From an uncultured Acidobacteriota bacterium (GTDB lineage: Bacteria > Acidobacteriota > Thermoanaerobaculia > Multivoradales > UBA5704), in NCBI GenBank assembly GCA_963770895.1, contig CAVYRF010000001.1, positions 1,824,001 through 1,888,000 of the forward strand: DNA of 64,000 nt, read 5' to 3'. Below the pieces are notes generated by a model. The model made no database searches and was not told the origin of the DNA. It saw only the letters and a list, made by a program, of their open reading frames with translations. A program made the position numbers and the translations under genes. Of the stretch, positions 1 through 9,671 are shown piece by piece; positions within the stretch are counted from its first letter, which is position 1; each line of letters starts with the position of its first letter.

Positions 1-1
1 C

Positions 2-3000
2 GCCAACGCCCCGCCGGCGCTGCTCCCGGCGCTGCTCGCCGAGGAGGCGCTCGGGCGCTGCCGCTCGCTGCGCCGCATGGTCACCGGCGGCGAGCGGGTG
101 CCGGCCGATCTGCTGCCGCTCTTCGAGTCGGCCATGGCGACCGCACAGGCCGCGCGCACCGCCCCGCGGCCGCTGCTGGTGTCGCGCTACGGTCCCACCG
201 AGGCGACCGTCTCGATGACGGAATGGAGCGGCCGTGCCGCTGCCTGCATCGGCCCGACGGTGCCGCTGGGCTGGCCGATCGGCGGCGCCCGCCTCTACGT
301 GCTCGGGCGCGATCGTCGCGAGATGCCGCCGGGGGCGCCGGGCGAGCTGTGCATCGCCGGCCTCTGCCTGGCGCGCGGCTATCTCGGCCGCCCGGACCTG
401 ACCGCCGCGGCCTTCGTCCCCGATCCCTTCGCGGGCTCCGGCGGCGAGGCCGGCGGCCGCCTCTACCGCACCGGCGACCTGGCGCGCTGGCGCGCCGACG
501 GCGTGATCGAGTTTCTCGGGCGCATCGACCGGCAGGTCAAGATCCGCGGCTTCCGTGTGGAGCTGGGCGAGGTCGAGGCGGTGCTGGCCCGCCACCCCGA
601 GGTCGGCGAGGTGGCGGTGGTGGACCGCGACGAGCCGGCGACCGGCGGCAAACGCCTGGTGGCCTACGTGGTGCGCCGCGCCACCCCCGGCCTGGCGCCC
701 GCACCGCTCGACCCGCGGCAGCTGCGGGCCTTCGTCGCGGCGCAGCTGCCGCCCTACATGGTGCCCGCCGCCTATGTGACCCTGGAGCGCCTGCCGCTGA
801 CCGCCAACGGCAAGCTCGATCGCCGGGCGCTGCCGGCACCCGCGGAGAGCGCGCGCCTGGGCGGCGCGGGCGCCGCGCGCGGTCCCAGCACTCCGGCCGA
901 GCGGCTGCTGGCGGGCTTCTGGAGCGAGCTGCTGGGAGTCCGGCAGGTGGGGGCGGACGACGACTTCTTCGAGCTGGGCGGCCACTCGCTGCTGGCGACC
1001 CAGCTGGTGTCCCGGGTGCGCGGCGAGCTCGGGGTGGAGCTGCCGCTGCGCCGGGTCTTCGAGCGTCCGACCCTCGCGGGCCTGGCCGAGGAGCTGAGCA
1101 CCCTGCAGCCGTCGCTCGCCGGGGCCGACGCGATGCCGCCGATCCCGGCGGTGCCGCGCGACCGCGAGCTGCCGCTCTCGTTTGCCCAGGAGCGGTTGTG
1201 GTTCCTGGAGCAGCTGCGGCCGGGGACGCCCACCTACAACATCACCAGCACCCTGCGGCTGCGCGGGGCTTTGGACCGCGCCGCCCTGGCTGCCGCCCTG
1301 GCCGGAGTGGTGCGCCGCCACGAGACGCTGCGCACCACCTTCGCGGTGCGCGGCGGCCGTCCGGTGCTGCGCATCGCGCCCGCGGTGGACCGGGCGCTGC
1401 CGCTGGTGGACCTCTCCCAGCTGCCCATGGCGCGGCGCGCCAGGGCGGCCGCCGGGCTGGCGGACGAGGATGCGGCGACCCCCTTCGACCTCGCCGCCCG
1501 GCCGCCGGTGCGCGCGTGCCTGCTCTGGCTGGGGCGCGGCGCCACGCCGGTGGCGGCGCCCGCCCTGGCCGTGCCTGGCCCAGCGGCGGAGCCCGCGGAG
1601 CACTGGCTGCTGCTGGCGGTGCACCACATCGCCGCCGACGGCTGGTCGGTCGGCGTGCTGCTGGGCGAGCTGACCGAGCTGTACGGCGCCGCTCTGGCAC
1701 GGCGGCCCGCCCGGCTGCCGGAGCTGGCCGTCCAGTACGCCGACTTCGCCTGCTGGCAGCGCGACTGGTTGCGACCTGCCGGGAGTGCCGGCACGGCTGG
1801 TGTCGCCGGCCACGGCGACGTCCTGCGGCGGCAGCTGGACTACTGGCGGGAGCGGCTGCGCGGCGCGCCGCCGCTGACCTCGCCGCCCGCCGACCGGCCG
1901 CGTCCGCCGCTGCAGCGCTGGGCGGGGGAGGTGCGTCCGGTGCGGTTTGACGCGGCGCTCGCCGGCGAGCTGCGCGCCGCCGCGCGCGCGCAGAAGGTGA
2001 CGCTGTTCATGCTGCTCGCCGCGGCCCTGGACCTGGTGCTGCTGCGCCAGATCGGCCGGCCCGACCTGGTCCTGGGCACGCCGATCGCGGGCCGCACGCG
2101 GACCGAGGTGGAGGGATTGATCGGCCTGTTCCTCAACTCCCTGGCGCTGCGGGTGCAGCCGATCGCCGAGGAAGGGCTGTCGGCGCTGCTCGGCCAGGTG
2201 CGGGAGGTGACGCTGGGGGCCTACGCGCACCAGGAGCTGCCGTTCGAGCAGCTGGTCGAGGAGCTGGCGCCGGAGCGCAACCTGGCGCAGTCGCCGCTGT
2301 TCCAGGTGATGCTGGTGCTGCAGAACGCGCCTTGGCGGGAGCTGCGGCTGCCGGGAGTGGAGGCGGCGGCGGTGGCGATCGACAACCGCAGCGCCAAGGT
2401 GGATCTGACGCTGTCGCTGCACGAGGCCGCCAGCGGCGCGGACGGCGCGGGCGGTCTGGAAGGGGTCTGCCGTTACAACCGCGACCTCTTCGACGGCGCG
2501 ACGGTGGGGCGCCTGATGCAGCAGATGGAGATCCTGCTGCGGGCGGCGCTGGCCGATCCCGAGCGGCCGCTCGCCGCGTTGCCGCTGCTGAGCCGTGCCG
2601 AGCGGCGGCAGCTGCTCGACTGGAACGACACGGCGGTGCGCTGGGGTGAGGCGGAATGCCTGCACCAGCTGCTCGCGGCACAGGCGCGGCGGAGCCCGGA
2701 GGCGCCGGCGGTGGGCTTCGCGGGCGAGTGGCTGAGCTACGGGGAGCTCGACGCTCGGGCCAACGGCCTGGCCCATCGGCTGCGGACGGCGGGAGTGGGG
2801 CCGGAGGTGCTGGTGGGGCTGTACGTCGAGCGGTCGGCCGAAATGCTGGTGGGGGTGCTGGCGGTGCTCAAGGCGGGCGGCGCCTACCTGCCGCTGGATC
2901 CTTCGTATCCGCGCGAGCGGGTGGCATTCATGCTGGAGGAAGCCGCGGTGCCGGTGCTGCTGACGCAGCAGCGGCTGGTGGGCGGGCTCGCAGCGTCGGC

Positions 3001-6000
3001 CGCAACGGTGATCTGCCTGGATGCGCCGGGCGGCGCGGCGCCGCCGGCGGCCGAGGGTCCCGAGGTGGCGGTCGACCCGGACAACCTGGCGTACGTGATC
3101 TACACCTCGGGCTCGACCGGGCGGCCGAAAGGCGCGATGAACACCCACCGCGCCATCGTCAACCGGCTGTTGTGGATGCAGTCGGCGTTCGGCCTGGGGG
3201 CGTCGGATCGGGTGGTGCAGAAGACGCCGCTCTCCTTCGACGTCTCGGTGTGGGAGCTGTTCTGGCCGCTGCTGTGCGGTGCGGGGCTGGTGGTGGCGCG
3301 CCCCGGCGGTCACCAGGACACCGACTACCTGCTCGACCTGATCGCCCGCGAGCGGGTGACGACGGTGCACTTCGTGCCGTCGATGCTGCGGGCGCTGCTC
3401 GACGCGCCGGACCTCGCAGGCGCCGGCGGCCTGCGGCGGGTGGTGGCGAGCGGCGAGGCGCTGCCGGCCGAACTGCTGGCGCGCTACCAGGCGCGGCTGG
3501 CGGTGCCGCTCTACAACCTCTACGGTCCGACCGAGGCGGCGGTGGACGTCACCGCCTGGGAGTGCCTGCCGGCCGTGCAGCGCCCAGCGGCAGGGGCGCC
3601 GGACGCGGGTCGCGGGCGGGGCGGCGTGCCGATCGGCAGGCCGATCGCCAATACCACCATCCAGCTGCTGGATGCCGCGTTGCAGCCGGTGCCGGTGGGG
3701 GTGCCCGGCGAGCTCTACATCGGCGGCGTGCAGCCGGCCCGCGGCTACCTGCGGCGGCCTGCGCTGACGGCCGAGCGGTTCGTCCCCGATCCCGACAGCG
3801 GTGGGGGCCGGCTCTACCGGACGGGGGACGTAGCGCGGTACCTGCCGGACGGGGCGATCGACTTCCTGGGCCGCATCGACCACCAGGTCAAGATCCGCGG
3901 GTTCCGCATCGAGCTGGGCGAGATCGAGGCGCGGCTCGCCCGGCACCAGACGGTGGCCGCGGCGGTGGTGGTGGCGCGGGGCGCGGGCGCGGCGGCCCAG
4001 CTGGTGGCCTACGTGGTGCCGCGGCCGGGGTCGGCGGTGGAGCGCGGCGAGCTGCGGAGGTGGCTGGCGGCGAGCCTGCCCGAGCACATGCTGCCGGGCG
4101 CCTGGGTTGAGCTGCCGGCGCTGCCGCTGACGCCCAGCGGCAAGATCGATCGCCGGGCGCTGCCCGAGCCGGCGGCAAGCGGCGCGGCGCGGAGCGAGCT
4201 GGTGCTGCCGCGCACGCCGCTCGAGCGCTACCTGGCCGATCTCTGGCGCGACGCGCTGCCCGCGGGCAGCTTCGGCATCGAGGACAACTTCTTCGCCCTG
4301 GGGGGCAACTCGCTGAGCGGCGCGATGCTGATCTACCGCCTGCAGGAGAAGCTGGGCGAGATCGTGCACGTGGTGACGCTGTTCGACGCGCCGACGGTCG
4401 CCGGCCTGGCGGCGCACCTCGCCGCCGAGCACCCGCGGGCGGTGGCAAGGCTGTGGGGCGTCGACGGCGCCGCCGCGGCAAGCGAGCCGCAGGCCGCGGG
4501 CCGCGTCGATGGCGCCAAGGTCGCGCGCATGCGCCAGCTGCTGGGCGCTCGGGCGATGCAGCCGCCGGCAGCCCCGGACGTGGCCGGCGAGAGGAATCCG
4601 CCGGCGGTGTTCGTGCTGTCGCCGCCGCGGTCGGGCTCGACCCTGCTGCGGGTGATGCTGGCCGGCCACTCGCGGCTGTTCGCGCCGCCGGAGCTCGAGC
4701 TGCTGTCGTACCGGACGCTCGCCGAGCGGCGGCGGGCTCTTGCCGGCAGGGACGCCTTCCGCCGCGAAGGTGCGGTGCGGGCGCTGATGGAGATCCGCGG
4801 CTGCGCGGCGACCGAAGCCCTCGGCCTGATCGCCGGCTGCGAGGATGCCGGCTGCAGCACGCGCTGCTTCTACGGCCTGTTGCAGCGAGACCTCGGCGAG
4901 CGCCTGCTGGTGGACAAGACGCCGACCTACGCCTGGGACCGGCAGGCGCTGAGGCGGGCGGAAGAGGACTTCGCGGGTCCTCTCTACGTCCACCTGGTCC
5001 GCCACCCCTGCGCCGCCATCCGCTCCTTCGAAGAGGCGAAGCTGGACCAGATCTTCTTCGGCGCCGGCCATCCGTTCACGCGCCGGGAATTGGCGGAGCT
5101 ATCCTGGACGGTGGCGCACCAGAACATCCTCGCGCTGCGCGGCGAGGTGCCGGCGGAGCGCTGGCACACCGTCTCCTTCGAGCAGCTGGTGCGCGAACCG
5201 GGGCCGGTGCTGGCCGCGGTGTGCGCCTTCCTCGGCCTGGCCTACGAACCTGCCATGGCACGGCCTTACGAGTCGCTGCCGGGCAAGATGATCGACGGCA
5301 TCCACGCCCAGTCGCGGATGCTGGGCGACGTCAAGTTCCACTCTCACCGCCAGGTGGACGCCGGGGTGGGGGAGCGCTCGTGGGACCCGGCGGCGGAAGC
5401 GGCGCTCGGCGAGCCCACCAGGGAGACCGCGGCGGCGCTGGGCCTTGCGCTCGCCCGGCGGCAGGCGAGCGCGCCGCTGCCCGCGAACCTGGTGGGCTTG
5501 CAGCCGGGGGACGGCAGGCGCCCGCCGCTGGTGCTGATCCATCCGGTCTTCGGCGACGTCCAGATCTACCGCCACCTGGCGCGGGAGCTGGGGCCGGACC
5601 AGCCGGTCTACGGCTTCCAGACGCCGGCGCTGACCGGCGGCACGGTGCCGGAACGGCTCGAAGACATGGCCGCGCAGTATCGCGAAGCGTTGCTGACCTG
5701 GCGGCCCGCGGGTCCGTACCTGCTCGCGGGCAGCTCGATGGGTGGCTGCATCGCCTTCGAGATGGCGCGTCAGCTGACCGCTGGAGGCCAGGAGGTGGCG
5801 CTGCTCGCGCTGCTCGACAGCTGGGCCGGCGAGCCGCTGGCGCAGGCAGCGTCTGCCGCGGTGCCCGCGCTGCCCGCGCTGCCCGCGGTGGACGGGGGCG
5901 ACCCGCAAGCCGCCTTCCTGGCCTGGCTCACCGGTGGCGACGAGCGCGCCGTCGGCCGGGAGCTGGCGGGCCTCGACGGTGAAAGCCGCCTGGCGCTCGT

Positions 6001-6367
6001 CCTCGAGCGCGCTCGCCGCGCCGGCGGTCTCCCCGCGTCCTACGGCAGCGCCGACCTCCTGCGCCTGCTCGTGGCGATCGACGGCCAGCGCCGGGCGCTC
6101 CACCTCTACCAGCCGGGCCCCTACAGCGGCCGCGTGCTCTTCCTGCGTGCCGCGGAAGGCGTGGAGGGGCACCCGGAGGCGACCTGGAAAAAGCTGGCGC
6201 GCGGCGGCTTCGAGATCCACAGGGTCCCCGGCGGCCACCGCTCGATGTTGCTCCCGCCGCACGTGGCGGCCACCGGTCGCCTGCTGACCGCGGCCCTGCG
6301 CGCCTCGCGCCCACCGCTCGCGTCCGGGCGTCGCCTCGGGAGCGACAACGCGCACTTATCTTCTTGA
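2..6367 (+). CDS. NRPS, 5'-partial: A(part)-T-C-A-T-sulfotransferase-thioesterase
   Basis: Frame open from nt 2. Motifs: YGPTE, YRTGD, T GGHSL, C HHIAADGWS, A YTSGSTGRPKG and FDVSVWE, T GGNSL, ST SPPRSGSTLLR and LVDKTP, TE GSSMGG. Confidence 0.95.
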   Translation, partial: ANAPPALLPALLAEEALGRCRSLRRMVTGGERVPADLLPLFESAMATAQAARTAPRPLLVSRYGPTEATVSMTEWSGRAAACIGPTVPLGWPIGGARLYVLGRDRREMPPGAPGELCIAGLCLARGYLGRPDLTAAAFVPDPFAGSGGEAGGRLYRTGDLARWRADGVIEFLGRIDRQVKIRGFRVELGEVEAVLARHPEVGEVAVVDRDEPATGGKRLVAYVVRRATPGLAPAPLDPRQLRAFVAAQLPPYMVPAAYVTLERLPLTANGKLDRRALPAPAESARLGGAGAARGPSTPAERLLAGFWSELLGVRQVGADDDFFELGGHSLLATQLVSRVRGELGVELPLRRVFERPTLAGLAEELSTLQPSLAGADAMPPIPAVPRDRELPLSFAQERLWFLEQLRPGTPTYNITSTLRLRGALDRAALAAALAGVVRRHETLRTTFAVRGGRPVLRIAPAVDRALPLVDLSQLPMARRARAAAGLADEDAATPFDLAARPPVRACLLWLGRGATPVAAPALAVPGPAAEPAEHWLLLAVHHIAADGWSVGVLLGELTELYGAALARRPARLPELAVQYADFACWQRDWLRPAGSAGTAGVAGHGDVLRRQLDYWRERLRGAPPLTSPPADRPRPPLQRWAGEVRPVRFDAALAGELRAAARAQKVTLFMLLAAALDLVLLRQIGRPDLVLGTPIAGRTRTEVEGLIGLFLNSLALRVQPIAEEGLSALLGQVREVTLGAYAHQELPFEQLVEELAPERNLAQSPLFQVMLVLQNAPWRELRLPGVEAAAVAIDNRSAKVDLTLSLHEAASGADGAGGLEGVCRYNRDLFDGATVGRLMQQMEILLRAALADPERPLAALPLLSRAERRQLLDWNDTAVRWGEAECLHQLLAAQARRSPEAPAVGFAGEWLSYGELDARANGLAHRLRTAGVGPEVLVGLYVERSAEMLVGVLAVLKAGGAYLPLDPSYPRERVAFMLEEAAVPVLLTQQRLVGGLAASAATVICLDAPGGAAPPAAEGPEVAVDPDNLAYVIYTSGSTGRPKGAMNTHRAIVNRLLWMQSAFGLGASDRVVQKTPLSFDVSVWELFWPLLCGAGLVVARPGGHQDTDYLLDLIARERVTTVHFVPSMLRALLDAPDLAGAGGLRRVVASGEALPAELLARYQARLAVPLYNLYGPTEAAVDVTAWECLPAVQRPAAGAPDAGRGRGGVPIGRPIANTTIQLLDAALQPVPVGVPGELYIGGVQPARGYLRRPALTAERFVPDPDSGGGRLYRTGDVARYLPDGAIDFLGRIDHQVKIRGFRIELGEIEARLARHQTVAAAVVVARGAGAAAQLVAYVVPRPGSAVERGELRRWLAASLPEHMLPGAWVELPALPLTPSGKIDRRALPEPAASGAARSELVLPRTPLERYLADLWRDALPAGSFGIEDNFFALGGNSLSGAMLIYRLQEKLGEIVHVVTLFDAPTVAGLAAHLAAEHPRAVARLWGVDGAAAASEPQAAGRVDGAKVARMRQLLGARAMQPPAAPDVAGERNPPAVFVLSPPRSGSTLLRVMLAGHSRLFAPPELELLSYRTLAERRRALAGRDAFRREGAVRALMEIRGCAATEALGLIAGCEDAGCSTRCFYGLLQRDLGERLLVDKTPTYAWDRQALRRAEEDFAGPLYVHLVRHPCAAIRSFEEAKLDQIFFGAGHPFTRRELAELSWTVAHQNILALRGEVPAERWHTVSFEQLVREPGPVLAAVCAFLGLAYEPAMARPYESLPGKMIDGIHAQSRMLGDVKFHSHRQVDAGVGERSWDPAAEAALGEPTRETAAALGLALARRQASAPLPANLVGLQPGDGRRPPLVLIHPVFGDVQIYRHLARELGPDQPVYGFQTPALTGGTVPERLEDMAAQYREALLTWRPAGPYLLAGSSMGGCIAFEMARQLTAGGQEVALLALLDSWAGEPLAQAASAAVPALPALPAVDGGDPQAAFLAWLTGGDERAVGRELAGLDGESRLALVLERARRAGGLPASYGSADLLRLLVAIDGQRRALHLYQPGPYSGRVLFLRAAEGVEGHPEATWKKLARGGFEIHRVPGGHRSMLLPPHVAATGRLLTAALRASRPPLASGRRLGSDNAHLSS

Positions 6368-6452
6368 ACCTGGAGGCACTGCCACCCGTGCAGGGGCAGG
6401 GGCGACTTGCAGGCCTCCTCAGAGCCGGCCCTGCGCCGGCAAGGAAGCGAAG

Positions 6453-6617
6453 ATGAAGAAGATTGCCGGCAAGCTCCACCTCAGCCGTGAGACCGTCCAC
6501 CACCTGGTGGGAAACCCGCCGAGCCTGCGCGATGCCGCCGCGGGCATCCCCCCGATCACCGTCGGGGTCAGCTGCCTCGCGTGCGGCGTGCACACGAGCG
6601 TGGCGATCGCCTGTTAA
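6453..6617 (+). CDS. Putative RiPP (lanthipeptide-like) precursor, 54 aa: MKKIAGKLHLSRETVHHLVGNPPSLRDAAAGIPPITVGVSCLACGVHTSVAIAC
   Basis: Hand-translated (below ORF cutoff). AAGGAAG RBS-like sequence upstream, KLxLSRET leader motif, Ser/Thr/Cys-rich C-terminus. Confidence 0.75.
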   Translation: MKKIAGKLHLSRETVHHLVGNPPSLRDAAAGIPPITVGVSCLACGVHTSVAIAC

Positions 6618-6742
6618 CCGCATATCCTAAACGGTGGCGCCCTGCGGGTTGGCTCCCTGCCCGGTGATGGCGCCACTTTCTTCCCCGCCAAAAGCTCGCA
6701 CCGCCGGCCCGGCCCTTCAGAGGCGTCCGGGCCGGCACGCCG
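6504..6742 (+). repeat. 239-bp direct repeat, copy 1 (3' part of precursor gene plus downstream hairpin)
   Basis: Near-identical to 9303-9541 apart from a divergent patch in the peptide core and a few scattered changes. Confidence 0.95.
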
Positions 6743-6788
6743 ATGCTCGGACCAAGATCGAGGCCTGGCGCGGCAACGTATGCGGAGG

Positions 6789-7952
6789 TCAGCTCTCGCC
6801 GCCGGCAGGGACGGCTCGTGGCATCAGCACCATCCCTGCCGGGTCGCAGCCCTTTCTCGGGAACAGCCGCGGGCCGCCGCCGCCGATGCCCTCGAGCTTT
6901 TCGAGGCCGATCTGGTTACACCCGAGATCGAAGGCGGCCTTGAGATTCTCGCCAAATCCGATGGCCCGGTAAAAGGCGCTGCCGAAGGCCACTGCCGTCG
7001 CGTCCCACAGCTGCTGCGTCATGCCGATCGCACAATCGACGTGCTCGGCGAGCGCCTCCGCCTGGTTTGCGGTATTGCAGGCGTTGAGCACCACGCACGA
7101 AACATCCAGCATCGCAAAGAGCTGACCCAACGCCTCGCTACCGAGGAATTGCGCGCCGCCCGAGAGGTTCTCGAGGATGATGCCTCTCTGCGGATCACCG
7201 TGTCCCGCGAAATGCACGACACGCGGCCGATGGTGCAGCAGGGCGCGTTGAAGGTCTGTCACGCGCACCGACAGGCCCTGCTTGATCTCGTACCGCCCGC
7301 TTGGGGCCACCTCGCGCAGAGCCGACTCGATGTCTCTGAACTCACGATCGAACCTGATCCACGAGAGGACTCCGGGACTGGCAGCGAGAAAAAGCATGCG
7401 CAGAGGATCCGGCTTGATCTCCGGCCATGGGTGTCGCCGCACTCGTTCGGCGGACGGAGCCGGACCTGTCCCCGGACCTATCCCGTGCCTGGCGTCCCCA
7501 CCCTCTGTACCGTCGCCCGACGCCCGACGATGCCAGGACCTCAATATGGAATGGACGTCTGCGCCGCGGGGCCGGTCGAGAAACTGCTGGAGAAGATCGT
7601 CAGGGATCTTCAGCTCACGGCCTGAGCGCAGGTACTCTTGCCGCTGCTGCGGCCCCGGAGGCAGGGGTTGGTCGCGTGCCGTCGGCGGCGGCAGGCGTGC
7701 CCCGAACTCCACACCCAGGGCCAGGCGGTCGCGGCCCTGCTCCCGGAGCAGTCCGCAGATGCCAGCTTCGAGGTCCCAGGCATCCTCGCGCGTGGCCTTC
7801 GCGAGAGGAGCGAGCCCCAAGGCCGCCATCCTGTCGCGGACCACATCGAGCAGCTCCGCCTCGGCGCCCACGGGCCGGCTGGCAATCAGGGCATAGAAGA
7901 GGCGGGTCACTGCCCGTCCTAGCTCGACGGCGATGAGCAGCTCTCCAGTCAC
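6789..7952 (-). CDS. CHAT-domain (caspase-like) protein
   Basis: C-terminal LFLAASP...REFRDI, VVHFAGHG and VVLNAC (His/Cys dyad). Confidence 0.85.
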   Translation of the reverse strand: MTGELLIAVELGRAVTRLFYALIASRPVGAEAELLDVVRDRMAALGLAPLAKATREDAWDLEAGICGLLREQGRDRLALGVEFGARLPPPTARDQPLPPGPQQRQEYLRSGRELKIPDDLLQQFLDRPRGADVHSILRSWHRRASGDGTEGGDARHGIGPGTGPAPSAERVRRHPWPEIKPDPLRMLFLAASPGVLSWIRFDREFRDIESALREVAPSGRYEIKQGLSVRVTDLQRALLHHRPRVVHFAGHGDPQRGIILENLSGGAQFLGSEALGQLFAMLDVSCVVLNACNTANQAEALAEHVDCAIGMTQQLWDATAVAFGSAFYRAIGFGENLKAAFDLGCNQIGLEKLEGIGGGGPRLFPRKGCDPAGMVLMPRAVPAGGES

Positions 7953-7959
7953 CGTTGGT

Positions 7960-9045
7960 CTAGGGCAGCCGATCGTAGATTTCCAGATATAGAAAGATCA
8001 GGGCCAGCAGTTCGGCGCCGAACGACAGGATCGATCGGGTCTCATCGGTGAACAGATCCTCATGCTTGCCCTGGTTCATGCTGTCGACCGTCAGGAATCC
8101 GTATACGTTGGGTTCGCTTTCTGATTGCTCGTCGTGGTACGAGATCGGAACAACAAGCGTTGCATTGTACCGCCTTGGCCACTCCCGGTTGGCATTCTCA
8201 TAGTCGGGCATGGAGGTGAGGTCATTGGATATGAAGAAGTCCTTCTTTTGAAAATAAATTTTGACAAAATCGCTGTTGTGATTCAACGTATAGGCCGACC
8301 TCCTGACCTCCCGCTCGAGATGAACGGTCTTCGTATAGTGATCGCGGTCCAGCGTAATCACCTTGAGCTCGCCAGAGCCGCCGGCTGCGGCGTCCTTCCT
8401 GCCACCAATGATGGCCATCGCCATTTCATCCGTAACCACCGCCTTGACCGAGATCGACAGGTCTTCATTCTTGATTTCCCGGAAGCGAAGGTTTTTTTCC
8501 AGAATTCTCAATATCTCGCTGATCACCGCGTTAAGCGAGCGGTAGAGAAGATCGTTCAGGTTGCTCTTCCGGTAGTTGAAGCGATGCGGATAAATGACGG
8601 AACCGGCCTCTTTATAAAACGCATTCTTCGTTTTGCGCATGAGGACGTGATAGATGTGGATCTGCTGGACGATCAGGTTCCGAATGCTGTCCAACTGCGC
8701 TGCCGCCGCTGACTGAGAGCTCTTCAGCTGTTCATCTGCCGCTGCCTGAAAGACCTTCAGCCGTTCATCCGCCGCCAGCTGCGCGGCCTTTTTGGCATTG
8801 AGCACCTGGCGATATCGGAGGAAAAAGAAGCCGGTCAGGATGAGAAGCGTCACGAAAACGAACTCGTGGTGCACCAGGACCGTCTGCGGCAGGAGCGTCC
8901 GCGCGGACCACATCCACCAGCTGATGCCGATGCTCACCAGCGAGCAGGCCAGCGCGACGCCGACGAAGAACCGCTCTGGCTGGTGGCTGGCGTCGATCTC
9001 ATCGATGTCGAACTTCTTCTTCTTCTCCTCCTGCATTTCTGCCAT
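7960..9045 (-). CDS. Low-GC membrane protein: 2 TM, coiled coil, GAF-like C-terminus
   Basis: Two hydrophobic segments. C-terminal YENAN..W..RYNATLVVPI...YGFLTVDS looks GAF-like. GGGGAG upstream of ATG 9045; GC visibly lower than flanks. Confidence 0.7.
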   Translation of the reverse strand: MAEMQEEKKKKFDIDEIDASHQPERFFVGVALACSLVSIGISWWMWSARTLLPQTVLVHHEFVFVTLLILTGFFFLRYRQVLNAKKAAQLAADERLKVFQAAADEQLKSSQSAAAAQLDSIRNLIVQQIHIYHVLMRKTKNAFYKEAGSVIYPHRFNYRKSNLNDLLYRSLNAVISEILRILEKNLRFREIKNEDLSISVKAVVTDEMAMAIIGGRKDAAAGGSGELKVITLDRDHYTKTVHLEREVRRSAYTLNHNSDFVKIYFQKKDFFISNDLTSMPDYENANREWPRRYNATLVVPISYHDEQSESEPNVYGFLTVDSMNQGKHEDLFTDETRSILSFGAELLALIFLYLEIYDRLP

Positions 9046-9302
9046 TCCGCATCTCCCCCAGGTCGGAGCGTGAGCGCCTTGGCGGCCTCTCACCGATGTG
9101 ACTTGCCAAGCTGATAAAGTGAATCTCTTCTAGAGGTTGACATATCTTGTCCGAAGAGGCAACTTGAAACCTGATGCTTGCGCGGCGTGCGGATGGGGCA
9201 CCCCGCTGCCCGCGGGGCGCTCAGGCCCGGATCGGTGTGGATGAGGCCGGGCGAGCGCGGCAGGCGCGCACCAAAAAAGGGGTGCTCGCCGCGCCGCCGC
9301 GG

Positions 9303-9541
9303 CTGGTGGGCAACCCGCCAAGCCTGCGCGATGCCGCCGCGGGCAGCCCCCCGATCACCGTCGGGGTCAGCTGCCTCGCGTGTGGCGTGAACTCGAATCC
9401 GTTCACCGCCTGTAACTGCACATCCTAAGCACGGTGGCGCCCTGCGGGTGGCTCCCTGCCCGGTGATGGCGCCACTTTCTTCCCCGCCAAAAGCTCGCAC
9501 CGCCGGCCCGGCCCTTCAGAGGCGTCCGGGCCGGCACGCCG
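9303..9541 (+). repeat. 239-bp direct repeat, copy 2; encodes leaderless variant ...LVGNPPSLRDAAAGSPPITVGVSCLACGVNSNPFTACNCTS*
   Basis: Aligns to 6504-6742 but lacks the MKK...RETVHH leader start. Confidence 0.9.
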
Positions 9542-9618
9542 CGCCGGTCTAGTTTTCATCAAGCCATGCTCAGATGTGAAAAGTTGCAATCAACTTTGGC
9601 CGAAAGAATATGCGTCTG

Positions 9619-9646
9619 TTGACATGCGCAACGATATTGGTATTAT
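9619..9646 (+). promoter_or_regulatory. sigma70-type promoter
   Basis: TTGACA-16 bp-TATTAT with extended -10 TG; GGAGGA RBS before ATG 9672. Confidence 0.65.
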
Positions 9647-9671
9647 GGCCATGTAAATCGGAGGAATTGAC

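Noticed and set aside
6504-9541. Diversity-generating retroelement TR/VR pair
   Set aside because: Mismatches are not adenine-specific, include indels, and there is no reverse transcriptase in the window.
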